Shown here piece after piece: positions 6,245 through 6,533 of a stretch of 6,533 nucleotides of DNA. The notes beneath the pieces are model-generated. The model was given only the letters and a program-made list of their open reading frames with translations. It was not told the origin of the DNA and made no database searches. The stretch is from IMG/VR virus record IMGVR_UViG_2693429508_000008; one strand, written 5' to 3'. A program made the translations under genes and the position numbers. Every line of letters starts with the position of its first letter. The first letter of the stretch is position 1. This DNA comes from a virus (taxonomy: Duplodnaviria > Heunggongvirae > Uroviricota > Caudoviricetes).

Positions 6245-6522
6245 NNNNNNNNNNNNNNNNNNNNNNNNNNNNNNNNNNNNNNNNNNNNNNNNNNNNNNNN
6301 NNNNNNNNNNNNNNNNNNNNNNNNNNNNNNNNNNNNNNNNNNNNNNNNNNNNNNNNNNNNNNNNNNNNNNNNNNNNNNNNNNNNNNNNNNNNNNNNNNNN
6401 NNNNNNNNNNNNNNNNNNNNNNNNNNNNNNNNNNNNNNNNNNNNNNNNNNNNNNNNNNNNNNNNNNNNNNNNNNNNNNNNNNNNNNNNNNNNNNNNNNNN
6501 NNNNNNNNNNNNNNNNNNNNNN
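6245..6522. other. Assembly/scaffold gap (278 N)
   Basis: Continuous run of n characters; only 11 defined bases follow (6523-6533). Confidence 0.99.
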
Positions 6523-6533
6523 GGCTTCTGACT

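Overview
All supported genes lie on the + strand and the window reads as part of a lambdoid (E. coli/Shigella-type) phage or prophage early-right operon. Order: 3' tail of an upstream gene; DnaC-like helicase loader; two small unknown proteins; a QueH-like (DUF208) putative epoxyqueuosine reductase; a hok-family type I toxin locus with its characteristic mRNA structure; one small unknown protein; a conserved nin-region gene broken by a ~200-bp imperfect tandem duplication joined by an ambiguous base; a YbcO-like (DUF1364) protein; a Q-like putative late antiterminator; an intrinsic terminator; four tightly packed tRNA genes (CAU, UCU-Arg, UGU-Thr, UCC-Gly); about 670 bp of structured non-coding sequence ending in a terminator; and a 278-nt N gap. 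No CRISPR array, integrase or transposase is visible. I found no clearly novel system; the items most worth a second look are the QueH-plus-tRNA module, the duplicated gene (probably an assembly artifact), the two unknown genes after dnaC-like, and the non-coding region after the tRNAs. All family assignments are from reading the translations by eye; no database search was run.
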